Assembly (NCBI GenBank): GCA_046759445.1
Contig: JBHICG010000001.1
Span: forward strand, 1 to 64,000
Length of the DNA stretch: 64,000 nt
From: Candidatus Scalinduaceae bacterium
GTDB lineage: Bacteria; Planctomycetota; Brocadiia; Brocadiales; Scalinduaceae
Reading direction: 5' to 3'
Both the position numbers and the translations under genes were made by a program. This document shows positions 49,355 through 60,520 of this stretch, in pieces; position 1 is the stretch's first letter, and each line of letters begins with the position of its first letter. Under the pieces are notes generated by a model. That model worked only from the letters and a program-made list of their open reading frames with translations, was not told the origin of the DNA and made no database searches.

Positions 49355-50812
49355 GTGTCACAATTAGAAAAGCAGATTGTTAATGTAATAAGGAATTACA
49401 ACCTTTTTAGTGCGAATGACAGGCTTTTATTAGGTGTTTCTGGTGGACCTGATTCAGTTGCCTTACTTAGTCTTGTCTTTAACCTGAATCGTACAAATAA
49501 CAATTGTTCTGAACTTTTTATAGCACATCTAAATCACTTACTTAGGGGAGAAGAGTCAGAACAAGATGAGCAATTTGTGAAATATCTATCTAAAAGATTT
49601 AAACTACCCATTATTGTTGAAAGAAGGGATATTAATGAGGTTGCCCGTAAACAGAAACTGTCCCTGGAAGAGGCTGCACGAAAAGAAAGATATAAATTCC
49701 TGGAAAACGCTGCACAAAAAGTGGGAGCTAATATTATTGCTGTAGGACATACTGCTGATGATAATGCTGAAACTATTTTACACAGGATAATTAGAGGTGC
49801 CGGAATTTTAGGCCTCAACGGTATAAGACCCAAACGTAAACTTACTTCATTTTCAACAATTGACCTTGTTCGCCCTCTACTATTCTCGTGGCGCAAAGAT
49901 ATCATTGCTTATCTGAAAGAAATGAACCTCGCCTACAAGATAGATTCAACTAATCTTGAAAAAGATAAATTTAGAAGCAGGATTCGAGTGGAGCTTATTC
50001 CGCTGCTTGAAAAGAATTACAATCCTTGTATAAAAAAATCACTGGTTAAGTTAGCCGAAATAACTACGCAAAACTATGATTTCTTAAATTCACATACGGA
50101 TAGTTTATTCAAAAAAACTTCTTTAAACAGGCAAGAAACAGATAAAGTATTCAAAGAAGTTATACTAGATATTCCTAATCTGAAAAAAATTCCTGTAATT
50201 TTACAGCAGATTATTATTAGAAAAGCAATGGTTAGGTTGAATATACCTCTTAAGAAATTCGGCTTTAAAAATTATAAAAATACTCTAGATCTTATTAAGC
50301 ACAAAAGAAAATTAATAAGCAAAGATATTAAAGGTTATTTAAATATCAGGATAGATGATAACAAATTACGGCTTACCAATAAGAAGTATCATATTGAAGA
50401 AAAACCCGTTCTGGAAGAAGTTAAACTTCAGGTACCAGGAGTAACAAAACTGGATGAAATGAAGTATAAGGTTAAAATGGAAATCAGAGAAATAAAGAAC
50501 GGTTTTTTAGAAGAGCTTAAACGGAGCAAAACTAAGTATGTTGAAGCGGTTGATTTTAATAAGATTAACATACCACTTACTGTAAGGATGAGAAGACAGG
50601 GAGATAAATTTTGGCCATTAGGTTCTGGGGGCACTAAAAAGCTAAAGAACTTTTTTATTGATAATAAGATACCAAGGATGGAAAGAAATACAGTTCCAAT
50701 AGTAACAATGAATGGTCAACCTATATGGGTTGTAGGATGGCGGATTGATAACCGTGTCAAGATTACCAAAGAAACAAAGAAACTTTTAATAATGAAGGTT
50801 GAAAGGTGTTGA
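49355..50812 (+). CDS. tilS: tRNA(Ile)-lysidine synthetase
   Basis: SGGPDS PP-loop, HTADDNAET and TilS C-terminal domain. Confidence 0.97.
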   Translation: MSQLEKQIVNVIRNYNLFSANDRLLLGVSGGPDSVALLSLVFNLNRTNNNCSELFIAHLNHLLRGEESEQDEQFVKYLSKRFKLPIIVERRDINEVARKQKLSLEEAARKERYKFLENAAQKVGANIIAVGHTADDNAETILHRIIRGAGILGLNGIRPKRKLTSFSTIDLVRPLLFSWRKDIIAYLKEMNLAYKIDSTNLEKDKFRSRIRVELIPLLEKNYNPCIKKSLVKLAEITTQNYDFLNSHTDSLFKKTSLNRQETDKVFKEVILDIPNLKKIPVILQQIIIRKAMVRLNIPLKKFGFKNYKNTLDLIKHKRKLISKDIKGYLNIRIDDNKLRLTNKKYHIEEKPVLEEVKLQVPGVTKLDEMKYKVKMEIREIKNGFLEELKRSKTKYVEAVDFNKINIPLTVRMRRQGDKFWPLGSGGTKKLKNFFIDNKIPRMERNTVPIVTMNGQPIWVVGWRIDNRVKITKETKKLLIMKVERC

Positions 50813-51383
50813 ATGTTTTATTGCACAAAATTTTTTTTAGAAATAAGAATATACTCTTGACTTTTGTGTAATAATGTTATATACATGAAAGTTCTGTCAC
50901 CCATTCCAAATGTACCCCATGTTGCTTTGTCTACGGCGATAAAGCCTCGGAATGCTGTTCGATCCAAGAATTATATCTTCACGTAACCCTCCAGCTCGCT
51001 CACCACATATTTTAAGTACGGTCGTAAAGTGGATACCAAATAATACTTTAATACTCTTTTTGAATTACTTCCTTTTAATACTGTTTAATTTTATAGCTTT
51101 CTGCCTATTTTTCGTACATGAAATGCATATCAAATATAAAGCACTGTACAACATCTAAATCCGTAAGTACTATTGCATCAGCATGTTTTGAAAGTTTAAA
51201 CTAAAAATAAGATACCTGGTATCTTATTTGCGATCTATCAATTCAACTCAAAAGAATTTAAATATTTCCATGAAAAATTGCAGCTAAATTATGAGAATGG
51301 ATGTGTTATAGCACAAGTAAACATAATTAAGTATAGAAGACTCATTAGTATCCCTTCATTAATTTAATAAAGAGAAGAAAATT

Positions 51384-51578
51384 ATGAAAACATTCAGACA
51401 TGTTGTAAGTTGTATTACTTTTTTGATAATTATGGTATTTATTTCGGGTTGTTATACAGCTAATAAAAGCCATAATACTGCGCACAATCGCGCATTGAAA
51501 AAGGATGTGGAATTATTACATAAGGATTTAGATTCTTTTCTGGGCACAGCAAAGCCTTCCATGCTCAGTGAAAGATGA
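51384..51578 (+). CDS. Small lipoprotein
   Basis: Lipobox ISGC. Confidence 0.7.
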   Translation: MKTFRHVVSCITFLIIMVFISGCYTANKSHNTAHNRALKKDVELLHKDLDSFLGTAKPSMLSER

Positions 51579-51598
51579 ATACCTTAGTGTAATAAATA

Positions 51599-52576
51599 TT
51601 GACTTTGCACATTATAATGAGCTCCACGTTTTGTATAATTACTGGACCAACGGCTAGTGGCAAGACTGGGATTGGTTTTAATGTTGCGCAGGAAATTGAA
51701 GGTGAAATAATTTCTGCCGATTCAATGCTTGTTTATCGAGGCATGGACATCGGAACTGCAAAACCATCCTTGGATATGAGGAAGGCTGTTTCCCACCATT
51801 TAATCGACATTGTTCACCCATGGGAAAGTTATAACGTTGGGAAATATGTCACGGATGCTGAAGATGTCATAAGTAATCTTATTAAGAAAAAGAAGATTTT
51901 TCTTATTGTCGGTGGCAGTCCCCTTTATATAAAGGGAATTATTAATGGAATTTTTAATAGCCCTGAAGCAGACTGGAACATTCGTGAAGAATTGAAAAAG
52001 CTTGCAAAGGAAAAAGGAAATATCTTTGTTCACGGTGTTCTTCAAGAAATAGATTCTATCACAGCACGGAAACTCAATCCAAATGATCTACGACGTGTAA
52101 TACGTGCTATAGAGATATATAAAAAAACCGGCAAACAAATGTCATTTCTTCAAGAACAATACAAAAAAGAAAGTAGAAAATATAAATTTAAGATTATATG
52201 CATAACAAGAACGAAGGAAGATCTTTACCAAAGGATTGACAATAGGGTTAAAACAATGTTTGAAAGAGGGCTTATTGATGAGGTTCAATCTTTATTAGAC
52301 AAACCACGGGGATTAGGTAGACAGGCAAGGCAAGCACTTGGTTATAAGGAAGTTATTCAATATCTCAATGGTGAGTGTACTTTAGACGATGCCGAAGAGA
52401 AAATAAAATTAAATACACGTAGATTTTCTAAAAGACAAATGACCTGGTTTAGAAGTTTTCCAAATGTTCAATGGCTGGAGGCAGATGAAAATAAAAGTTC
52501 AAATGAAACTTCCGAAAAAATAATTCTGGAATTAAAAAGGTATCATAAAGGCACATACATGCCTATGCATAATTAG
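51599..52576 (+). CDS. miaA: tRNA dimethylallyltransferase
   Basis: GPTASGKT, DSMLVYRGMDIGTAKP and KRQMTWFR. Confidence 0.97.
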   Translation: MTLHIIMSSTFCIITGPTASGKTGIGFNVAQEIEGEIISADSMLVYRGMDIGTAKPSLDMRKAVSHHLIDIVHPWESYNVGKYVTDAEDVISNLIKKKKIFLIVGGSPLYIKGIINGIFNSPEADWNIREELKKLAKEKGNIFVHGVLQEIDSITARKLNPNDLRRVIRAIEIYKKTGKQMSFLQEQYKKESRKYKFKIICITRTKEDLYQRIDNRVKTMFERGLIDEVQSLLDKPRGLGRQARQALGYKEVIQYLNGECTLDDAEEKIKLNTRRFSKRQMTWFRSFPNVQWLEADENKSSNETSEKIILELKRYHKGTYMPMHN

Positions 52577-52827
52577 TATCTGACAGGCAAAGGAGACGAA
52601 TAAAATATATAATGTGAAAAAGTTATTTTTGACATCCGTTTTGTTAGGTTTATAACTTATAATAATTAGAGATCCTCTTTCTAAGGATATGCAGTTTTTA
52701 ACGTTATGATAAAAAATCTTTTTGAAGAGATTGGCATTCCTGCACGTAGCTTGAATTATGCTCAAATAGGATTATTTTTTATTTTACTAAGCAATTTTAA
52801 TTTTATTTAGATAATTTTCTTAATGAT

Positions 52828-54468
52828 ATGAAGTTTGAAAATCTTTACAAAAAAGGCTTGAGTCATATCAAACTGTCCAGAGATAAAAGCGCATGGGGCT
52901 TGGCAATTGGTGATAATGAAATAAAGGCCGTTAAGGTAAGGTCCATTAACGGGGAATTGCTTATAGAAGTGATCGATAGAATCAATTATTCAACTGTTAA
53001 CCAGGGGACTACATCTATAAAGTCAGAACAAATTAAAGATGCAATAGTCACTTTTACAAAACGGAATCTAATAAACAAATCAGATAAAATAATTGTTTCC
53101 CTCTCTGGCAAAATGGTACTGTCAAGGTTTGTTTCACTCCCACCAATGAAAAAAAGACGCATTGTGGAAGCCATAAAATACGAATTGCGAAAACAGATCC
53201 CATTTCAACCTAACGAAATTGTTTGGGATTCCCACAGGTTCGAAGATAACACAACAAGAGGCAAAGGAACTGAAGTTGGCATATTTGCCACTAAAAAAGA
53301 AAACATACATGATCTTTTGCCTAGCCTGGCTCCAATAAAGATGAACCTGGAAGCAATTCAAATTACGCCTATTGCAATTTATAATCTTGCAAAGTTAAGC
53401 CTTGACTCAGATGAAGATGTCTTTGTAGTAAATGTTGAAAAGGATAATACTGATTTCATAGTTGTTGGGAAGACGAAATATTGGAATAGAAGTATTCCTA
53501 TTTCAGAAGTAAATATAGACCTTGTGCGAGAAATTCAGAGATCAATGGGATATTATGTTTCTCTCTCAAAGGGTACTAAGCATGAAAATATTTTCTTAAT
53601 GGGAGAAGTATTTGAAGATGAACAAAAAGTAAAATTTATTGAGGAAAGCCTAGAGGGTAAAGTTACTTTTCTAAACTTATTAGAGAAAATTAGTATATCT
53701 AAAGATGTTGATCCATCGGTTTTAAACAAAAAGACGATCCAGAGCTTTGGAACGGCACTTGGTCTCGCAATACAAGGTCTGGGCCTTAGCAAGATCAATA
53801 CTAATCTCCTACCCTTTGAGTACATTATAGAAAGGCAAGTGCCCAGGCAAAGAGCGCTTGCTGGCGCTATTACAATTTTAATTTTTTTGAGCTTGCTTAC
53901 ACAAAGTCTTAAAGATTACATATCATGGAGAACGCTTTCTAAGTCTTTAGAAACGATTAACACAACACACAATGAAGTTAAGAAATGGGAAAGGGTTTAT
54001 AGAAATATAGGGGAAAAAGTTAAGGAAGAAGAAAAGAAACTGCAAATTCTGGCGTCAATAGGTACTCAAGGAAGTTTCTGGATAGAGGCAATCCGTAAAG
54101 TTATAGATATCATGCCTGAAAAGGTTTATTTATTAAGTCTGGAATCATTCAGGGATTTACCTTATGCTGATAAAGAAAATACTTCCAAAAAAGAAGGTGA
54201 ATCAAAAGAGGTATTGATTATGAGCATTAAGGGAGAAAGTTATGATCCCAGGATGTCATTTTTAAAAGAAATGGTTAGAAAACCACTGGAAAATTTAAAA
54301 TTATTTGACCAACAGGCCCCTGCATTTAGGAATGTTGAGTTTGTGCAAGGTTCTGTACATAATGTTGATTCATTTATCAAGAAAAGTGATTCCGAAGTTT
54401 TCAATATTTACCAAGACATTCGGCCAATTGCCTTTGAAATAAGATGGATAGTAAACACTATAAATTAA
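52828..54468 (+). CDS. pilM: PilM-like actin-fold assembly protein fused to a PilN-like domain
   Basis: RFVSLPP...YELRKQIPF, EIQRSMGYY, ALGLAIQG, INTNLLP followed by a TM helix. Confidence 0.8.
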   Translation: MKFENLYKKGLSHIKLSRDKSAWGLAIGDNEIKAVKVRSINGELLIEVIDRINYSTVNQGTTSIKSEQIKDAIVTFTKRNLINKSDKIIVSLSGKMVLSRFVSLPPMKKRRIVEAIKYELRKQIPFQPNEIVWDSHRFEDNTTRGKGTEVGIFATKKENIHDLLPSLAPIKMNLEAIQITPIAIYNLAKLSLDSDEDVFVVNVEKDNTDFIVVGKTKYWNRSIPISEVNIDLVREIQRSMGYYVSLSKGTKHENIFLMGEVFEDEQKVKFIEESLEGKVTFLNLLEKISISKDVDPSVLNKKTIQSFGTALGLAIQGLGLSKINTNLLPFEYIIERQVPRQRALAGAITILIFLSLLTQSLKDYISWRTLSKSLETINTTHNEVKKWERVYRNIGEKVKEEEKKLQILASIGTQGSFWIEAIRKVIDIMPEKVYLLSLESFRDLPYADKENTSKKEGESKEVLIMSIKGESYDPRMSFLKEMVRKPLENLKLFDQQAPAFRNVEFVQGSVHNVDSFIKKSDSEVFNIYQDIRPIAFEIRWIVNTIN

Positions 54469-54519
54469 GTATCGTCTCATTCTTGTAAAAACGAACCAAA
54501 AAAAGAAAACATATTTAAA

Positions 54520-55353
54520 ATGAATATACCTGATATTAGGAAAAATAAATTTTGGATTGTTGTAGCCGGTGCAATCATTTCCATGGTAATTCTTTATTTT
54601 CTTTTTGCGAATCCTTATAGGTTAAGGAACGTTAGGAAGGCTGAGCTAATAGAAAATAAATTAACTCAATTAGATTTATATGCAAGAAAGGGTTTAAAAA
54701 TTATCAATAAAAAATGGATCGAAGCAGGAAAATCCGAATTACATACAATCGAAAGAGAACAGTTAAAATACACCAAATTGCTAAAGGAAAAAGATAGCGA
54801 TCTCGAAAAGCCCTTTACTTCTGCCAAAGGTGATGTGATGAAGGATGAGGCTTTATGGAAAAAAAATTATATGCAAAGAGTAAACCTCATTCTTGACAAC
54901 TTTGCAAAGAGTAAGATATCTTTCAACAGCGATGCGCTACCATTTAAAAAGTGGGGAAATGAAATTCCTACTCGGGACAAAATTGCTGAGGAACAGAAAA
55001 AATTCTGGATTGTAGAAGAATTGTTAAACATAATACAAAAGAAAGGTTTAAGAATCAGCAACCTTGAAAGTATCAATTTCAAACAAGAGGGTTTTTCTTC
55101 CAACAATTTCCATTCTGAATTCTATGACATTATCCCATGTACAATAAAATTAAGAATGGACACTGAAGACGTGCTTTTTTTAATTAATGAATTGTCACAA
55201 TCTAAATTCTGTTTTGAGATAGTGTCTGTTAATATGAACGGGAAGCTAAATATTCTGAGATCTGTAAAATTATTAGAAGAATTTAAGAGTATTCTGCCAG
55301 ATACTATGGTAAATGTTATTATCAAAGCACATACTATAGATTTTAAAACATAA
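54520..55353 (+). CDS. PilO-like membrane protein
   Basis: N-terminal TM, coiled coil, position in the pil operon. Confidence 0.6.
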   Translation: MNIPDIRKNKFWIVVAGAIISMVILYFLFANPYRLRNVRKAELIENKLTQLDLYARKGLKIINKKWIEAGKSELHTIEREQLKYTKLLKEKDSDLEKPFTSAKGDVMKDEALWKKNYMQRVNLILDNFAKSKISFNSDALPFKKWGNEIPTRDKIAEEQKKFWIVEELLNIIQKKGLRISNLESINFKQEGFSSNNFHSEFYDIIPCTIKLRMDTEDVLFLINELSQSKFCFEIVSVNMNGKLNILRSVKLLEEFKSILPDTMVNVIIKAHTIDFKT

Positions 55354-55366
55354 GGGGAATTACATA

Positions 55367-56248
55367 ATGGAGATAGCGCCAAGAGAAAAGATATATGATT
55401 ATTCATATTATATAGCTTTGTCATTGGTTTCAATATATCTTATATATAACGTTATAAGCATTCTTTTTATGTCTCGCCATAAAGAAAAGTTGCTACAGTC
55501 AAGAATTATGAGTACTGTTGGCGCTATAGAATCTAACTTAAAACATGCGAGTCCAGCAAAATTAGAAGGGGAAATTGTGGCATCCCTTATAAAAAATATT
55601 CCAGGTTCACCTAAAGTAGAACCTATTCAAAGGGCTTCAATTTTTGCAGGCCCATTAACAGATGATGAGATAAGCGGTGGAGAACAAATCTTAGAGGAAA
55701 CAAAGGAAGTAGTTCAATTTGAAAAGATTGACATACCACTTGCCACAGAAATTGTTTTTAAAGGCGTAACCAATGAACTTGTCCTCATAAAAGTGCGGAG
55801 AAAGATAAATGAACAATGGCATGAACATGGCTTTCCAATGAGGAGTGGCGAACGGATAGGTGGAGAAAAGATTATAGCAAATAAAAAGGTTAATTTCACA
55901 ACAAATAGTATCCTTCAAGACATAATCCACAAAGCTCAAAGGCCAATAACCTTAATGAAAAAGGAGGTTATACTAGATGAAGAAGGGGAATTTGTTGGGA
56001 TCAGGATGGTACCAGGTGAAAAATTTATGAAATCTACCTCTAAAATCGTTTATAAGGATGAGGAAGGTAGCACAAAGGAATTATGGTTGGGGGAAACCGG
56101 AATCATTACAGAAGAAAGACCCAAAGAAGAAGCTAAATGGTATGAAGACCCTGTTGCTACTGTAAAGTCCAAATACGAAGATGTAGCAGAAACTTTAAAA
56201 TCTACACAAACAGAAAACAAAACGGAAGTTAAGAAAACAAAGAAATAA
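55367..56248 (+). CDS. Membrane-anchored hypothetical protein (pil operon)
   Basis: N-terminal TM; between the PilO-like gene and the secretin. Confidence 0.7.
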   Translation: MEIAPREKIYDYSYYIALSLVSIYLIYNVISILFMSRHKEKLLQSRIMSTVGAIESNLKHASPAKLEGEIVASLIKNIPGSPKVEPIQRASIFAGPLTDDEISGGEQILEETKEVVQFEKIDIPLATEIVFKGVTNELVLIKVRRKINEQWHEHGFPMRSGERIGGEKIIANKKVNFTTNSILQDIIHKAQRPITLMKKEVILDEEGEFVGIRMVPGEKFMKSTSKIVYKDEEGSTKELWLGETGIITEERPKEEAKWYEDPVATVKSKYEDVAETLKSTQTENKTEVKKTKK

Positions 56249-56292
56249 TAATAAATTATATAATTAAAATTATAATTTGAAAGGGTAAAAAC

Positions 56293-58581
56293 ATGAAAAC
56301 TATTTTAAAAATAATCCCCGTAATTATGCCGGCTCTCTTTTTGCTTATTTTCTTAAGTGCATGCAAGACAACATCAAATCAAGTATCAAGTAAAGACGAG
56401 GTTAAAAAAGTAAAGGTTAAAAATGTAGAGTTAAGTAAAGCGGCTGTAACCAATAATCCTCAATCTCAAAAAAAGGCTGAGGAAGGAGGCAAGGAAAACA
56501 GGTTTAGCAGTCGGGAAAATGAAGAAAAAAAAGTAATTTTAGTCAAAGAAGGCGGAGAGCAGACAAATCCGTCTAACGTAATAAGAAAAAGGGGTATCAA
56601 GAGGAAGAATAACAAAATAATTGTTAAGAATCAGACTAAAAGTACTTCCAAAGCAACTATATCCGTTGAGGTTAGAAACCAGATGATTCAGGATGCAAAG
56701 CGTGCCACAAAAGAACGAAGGTACGAAGATGCAATCAAGATAGCTGATACCATACTAAAGGATTTACCTGATGATAAATCAGCGCTTGCCTTAAAAGAAA
56801 ATGCACAATTACTTCTGGAAGAAAAAAGGCATAATGTAGTAATGGATCAATTAGAAAAACTCGATGCACAAGAGCGGAATGTGTATTTCGAAAATCTACG
56901 AGAAAAATCAATCCCCTATAATGACCTAGTAAAGTATACTACAAAGGATAAATGGGAAGATATCAAGAAAAGAGCTCAGAAAGAAGATCCAAGTAAAAGG
57001 CTTGATGAGAACAGGGAACATACAGAAAGATTACAGTTGGTACCATCTCCTGCTGAAAATCTTCTATCACAAAGGATGAAAAATGCATTAAGTAGAAAGA
57101 TGTCAATTGAGTTTATAGATACTCCACTCCGCGACGTAATAGCATTTTTACAAGAAAAGACAAAAATAAATTTTGTTTTAGATAAAGGCGCAGCAGCCAC
57201 TAACGTGAATTTAAAACTTAATGATGTTCCCGTTAGTGTAATATTAGAATACATCCTGCCAAATGGAATAGATCGCGTAGTAAAGGATAACGTAGTACAT
57301 ATCACCCTGGAACCTTTGGAGATGAGGGTATATGACGTTCGTGATTTGCTGATAAATTTAGAAGACAGGCAAGGTGCGCTAGTTGCTCAGGCTGTAACTC
57401 GAACTGAAGAGGGACTAGCTGCCGTAGGAGAGGACAAGGATACCTTTGACCGGGTAAAGGAGATAATTGATTTGATAACTGGCACCATAAAACCAAAGTC
57501 ATGGACATTAAATGGCGGTAGAGGTATGATAGCAGCACGAGAGGGTATGCTGGGTGACATAGTTGTAACACATATTCAAAGTGCACATAAACAGATAGAA
57601 GACCTTCTTTCATCTTTGAGATCTTCTACAGACCTTCAGATATCTATTGAGGCTCGGTTTATTGCAGTTTCAGACGATTTCCTGGAGGAATTAGGGAACA
57701 ATATTCTTGATTTCGATACAACTAAAGAGCACGCCAGTAGGACTAAGCCTAAAGGCAGCGAAGGTATGAATCCTGCAGGTGGTGTAGCAGGTGGTATCTT
57801 CAGAGAAGGTACTGAGCCGCTCTCAAAACTTCCAATACCATTCGCAGGCACTAGCATAACTCCTGGAGGAGCAGGATTAAATCTCTCTTACCAGATACTC
57901 AATGGTTTCTTTCTTAAGGGGTTCTTGAGGGCCGTTCAGGAGAGCGAAGAGGCTGAGACACTAACTGCCCCAAAGATAACTCTATCTAATACGCAGCGAG
58001 GGACAATAAAGGTAGTTACAACATTTAATTTCATAGAAAGATTCGAAATTGTAAGCCAGACACCAGAACCAATCATACAGGAAATAGACGACGGTACCAC
58101 ATTTAATGTAAGGCCAATAGTCAGCGCTGACAGGAAATATGTATATCTAGAGGTTCATCCAATTATCACTAGAGTAACGTTCACCGAGAGGGATTTTGAA
58201 ACCACTGCAGCAGGTACGGGAGGGACATCAGGGGGGGAAAAGGCAGTAAACAAAATACAACTTCCACAAACCGTTAAGCAGGAGTTATCAGTGACGGTAT
58301 GCGTTCCTGATAAAGGTGTCCTTCTGATAGGTGGATTGGGCTCAAGGTCAGAGACGAAGACGTCATCAGGCACTCCATTCCTCTCCAAAATTCCCATCGT
58401 AAAGAGATTATTTTCCAGTAATAAAATTGACCGAGATATTAAGACTTCAGGCAATCTGATTATCCTGATAAAACCCACCATCTTGATGAGGGATGAAGAA
58501 GAAAACCGTGCTTTCGCATTAAACAGGAAAGACATAGAACTCAGAAGGAAAGGGGTAGAATTTAGAAACCCTTTGAGATAA
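56293..58581 (+). CDS. Secretin (PilQ/GspD family), lipidated
   Basis: Lipobox LSAC; RVYDVRDL, QISIEARF, PFLSKIPIVKRLF and ILIKPTI. Confidence 0.92.
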   Translation: MKTILKIIPVIMPALFLLIFLSACKTTSNQVSSKDEVKKVKVKNVELSKAAVTNNPQSQKKAEEGGKENRFSSRENEEKKVILVKEGGEQTNPSNVIRKRGIKRKNNKIIVKNQTKSTSKATISVEVRNQMIQDAKRATKERRYEDAIKIADTILKDLPDDKSALALKENAQLLLEEKRHNVVMDQLEKLDAQERNVYFENLREKSIPYNDLVKYTTKDKWEDIKKRAQKEDPSKRLDENREHTERLQLVPSPAENLLSQRMKNALSRKMSIEFIDTPLRDVIAFLQEKTKINFVLDKGAAATNVNLKLNDVPVSVILEYILPNGIDRVVKDNVVHITLEPLEMRVYDVRDLLINLEDRQGALVAQAVTRTEEGLAAVGEDKDTFDRVKEIIDLITGTIKPKSWTLNGGRGMIAAREGMLGDIVVTHIQSAHKQIEDLLSSLRSSTDLQISIEARFIAVSDDFLEELGNNILDFDTTKEHASRTKPKGSEGMNPAGGVAGGIFREGTEPLSKLPIPFAGTSITPGGAGLNLSYQILNGFFLKGFLRAVQESEEAETLTAPKITLSNTQRGTIKVVTTFNFIERFEIVSQTPEPIIQEIDDGTTFNVRPIVSADRKYVYLEVHPIITRVTFTERDFETTAAGTGGTSGGEKAVNKIQLPQTVKQELSVTVCVPDKGVLLIGGLGSRSETKTSSGTPFLSKIPIVKRLFSSNKIDRDIKTSGNLIILIKPTILMRDEEENRAFALNRKDIELRRKGVEFRNPLR

Positions 58582-58620
58582 ACACGTAAACATAATTGTC
58601 ACAATTTGGGAGTTGCAAAA

Positions 58621-58977
58621 ATGGCCAAAAAATATAGTTTAAACACAATACTATTGGGAGTAATTATAACGCTGCTTGTATTAACACTGTTTAAAAATTC
58701 GCCGAACTATGTCATTGCTACGGGTGACGGCGGTGCAACCGCAAGGCATATATTCGGATTAGTAGGCAACCAGCAGGCAAACAGGGAATCTTTTTATCTG
58801 GTTGATACTAGGCGAGAGGTCATTATGGTTTATGAATATGGTGTGCAGGGCGAGGGATTGGGGTTGGTTACAACAAGGAGTTATAAATATGATAAACTTT
58901 TGGAACAATATGGTAGAAATTACTTCGGACCAAAAGTTGATAAGATTAAAGAAGAAGTAGAAAAAACAATGAAATAA
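58621..58977 (+). CDS. Hypothetical exported protein
   Basis: Hydrophobic N-terminus; likely start MAKK. Confidence 0.75.
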   Translation: MAKKYSLNTILLGVIITLLVLTLFKNSPNYVIATGDGGATARHIFGLVGNQQANRESFYLVDTRREVIMVYEYGVQGEGLGLVTTRSYKYDKLLEQYGRNYFGPKVDKIKEEVEKTMK

Positions 58978-59118
58978 AAAATCATTATCGGACGTACATA
59001 TTTGAAAGACTGCCCAGTTTTTACTTAATTTATTCGTAACCAGTACTTACCTCGAATGAAAACTTACAAGAGACAGAAACCAATCTCAAAATAAAAAAAA
59101 TATGTTTTATTGCACTTC

Positions 59119-59406
59119 TCAAATAGCTTCAATTTCAAGACAATACTTGTTTTCCTTGACCTCTACGTTTATTTTGTATTTCATCCCAACTTCCAGAAAA
59201 TCTAAAATGCCCTTGGTTATTTCATTCTCGCTCAGGATTTTTTTGTTCTCCTTAACCGCAGTAAGGTCATCAGTAGGGCTATCAGGTTCGTTCTCGTCAT
59301 AATCATCATGCGAATAATATTTATCTTCTTCGTATAGCCCACTGTGCCACATAGAAACAGAATCCTGATGTGACCTGAACCAATAACCCTCGTAATTTTT
59401 TTTCAC
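59119..59406 (-). CDS. Acidic hypothetical protein
   Basis: SD gggagg before a GTG start. Confidence 0.7.
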   Translation of the reverse strand: MKKNYEGYWFRSHQDSVSMWHSGLYEEDKYYSHDDYDENEPDSPTDDLTAVKENKKILSENEITKGILDFLEVGMKYKINVEVKENKYCLEIEAI

Positions 59407-59607
59407 CTTTACCTCCCTTCTTTTTATGATTTAAAAATTCTAAGTAACAGAAGGTTAATCATACATTATTGAAAATTCAAGTGAAAAAAGCAAAGAGGTA
59501 AAGTAATTATGAATTGACGACTTTAGGTAAAGCTTATATAATAGCAAAAAATTTTGCATCTGACACAAGATATCATTATGTTAATCTATAAAAAGAAGTA
59601 TATATGC

Positions 59608-59684
59608 GGCGGTGTAGCTCAGTTGGTTAGAGCAGCGGAATCATAATCCGCGAGTCCGGGGTTCGAGTCCCTGCACCGCTACCA
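59608..59684 (+). tRNA. tRNA-Met(CAT), elongator type
   Basis: Acceptor GGCGGTG/CACCGCT, D-arm, anticodon stem GCGGA/TCCGC with CAT, GTTCGAG T-loop, encoded CCA. Confidence 0.96.
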
Positions 59685-59717
59685 TTATTTTTCACAACAT
59701 ACTTTTTTATTCCATAA

Positions 59718-59869
59718 AATGACTATTGAGTTTACTCCGAACAATATTTGCAGAACACTTGTTTTAATAAGGTATTAAGAATAATTAAACAAGAATTGAG
59801 GCCAAAACACATAAAGTATTTAAAAGCAATAAGTTACAAAATGTTTTAGGAGTTAACTCAATAGTCATT
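59718..59869. mobile_element. 152-bp MITE
   Basis: 21-bp TIR aatgactattgagtttactcc / ggagttaactcaatagtcatt (1 mismatch) flanked by the 8-bp direct repeat ttccataa. Confidence 0.85.
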
Positions 59870-59989
59870 TTCCATAATAGCAAAATTTAGAAAGTCTTGG
59901 TTTGTATGACGCAAAGCAAAAAAGGGTTAGAATAATTCAAATCAAATATTTTTTGTTGACTTAAATGTACCAAGATAATAATATTTGCG

Positions 59990-60463
59990 ATGCCACAAAG
60001 ATTTCTAGTAGATTTAAGAACAATAGACATAAATAAAGTTGAAGTTGATATCGAGGGAATTAGGGCCGTAAATCCGCATCGTTATGAGATAGAACAGTTA
60101 AGCGGAATAAATAGATATGATCCTGATAACAAGATTATCATCGGATACAAGGATGTAACAGACGATGAATTCTGGGTACGTGGACATATTCCTGGTCGCC
60201 CCCTTTTACCCGGTGTGTTAATGGTGGAGGCTGCTGCGCAATTGTGCACTTACTATTACAAAAGAGTATTAAAAGATGATAGATTTCTAGGCTTCGGTGG
60301 CATTGACCGTGTAAAGTTTCGAGGCAAGGTTTTACCAGGTGATAGACTTATCATAATAGCAAAAAACACTGAATTAAGAGCAAGAAGGGCTATCTTTGAT
60401 ACACAGGGTATAGTAAATAGTAAACTTGTATTTGAGGGTGTAATAATTGGTATGGCAGTATGA
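59990..60463 (+). CDS. fabZ: 3-hydroxyacyl-ACP dehydratase (FabA/FabZ hot-dog fold)
   Basis: NPHRYE, GHIPGRPLLPGVLMVEAAAQ and KFRGKVLPGD. Confidence 0.85.
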   Translation: MPQRFLVDLRTIDINKVEVDIEGIRAVNPHRYEIEQLSGINRYDPDNKIIIGYKDVTDDEFWVRGHIPGRPLLPGVLMVEAAAQLCTYYYKRVLKDDRFLGFGGIDRVKFRGKVLPGDRLIIIAKNTELRARRAIFDTQGIVNSKLVFEGVIIGMAV

Positions 60464-60520
60464 TTAGGGTTTGTGAGATATATAGAAAATTGAACATTTT
60501 TTTAAGAAAGGAGTAACTGA

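Noticed and set aside
59608..59684. tRNA-Met as island integration site
   Set aside because: No duplicate of its 3' end was seen in the window and there is no adjacent integrase.
59879..59935. c-di-GMP-I riboswitch-like GACGCAAAGC motif upstream of fabZ
   Set aside because: The flanking stems do not pair convincingly; an Infernal RF01051 search would be needed.
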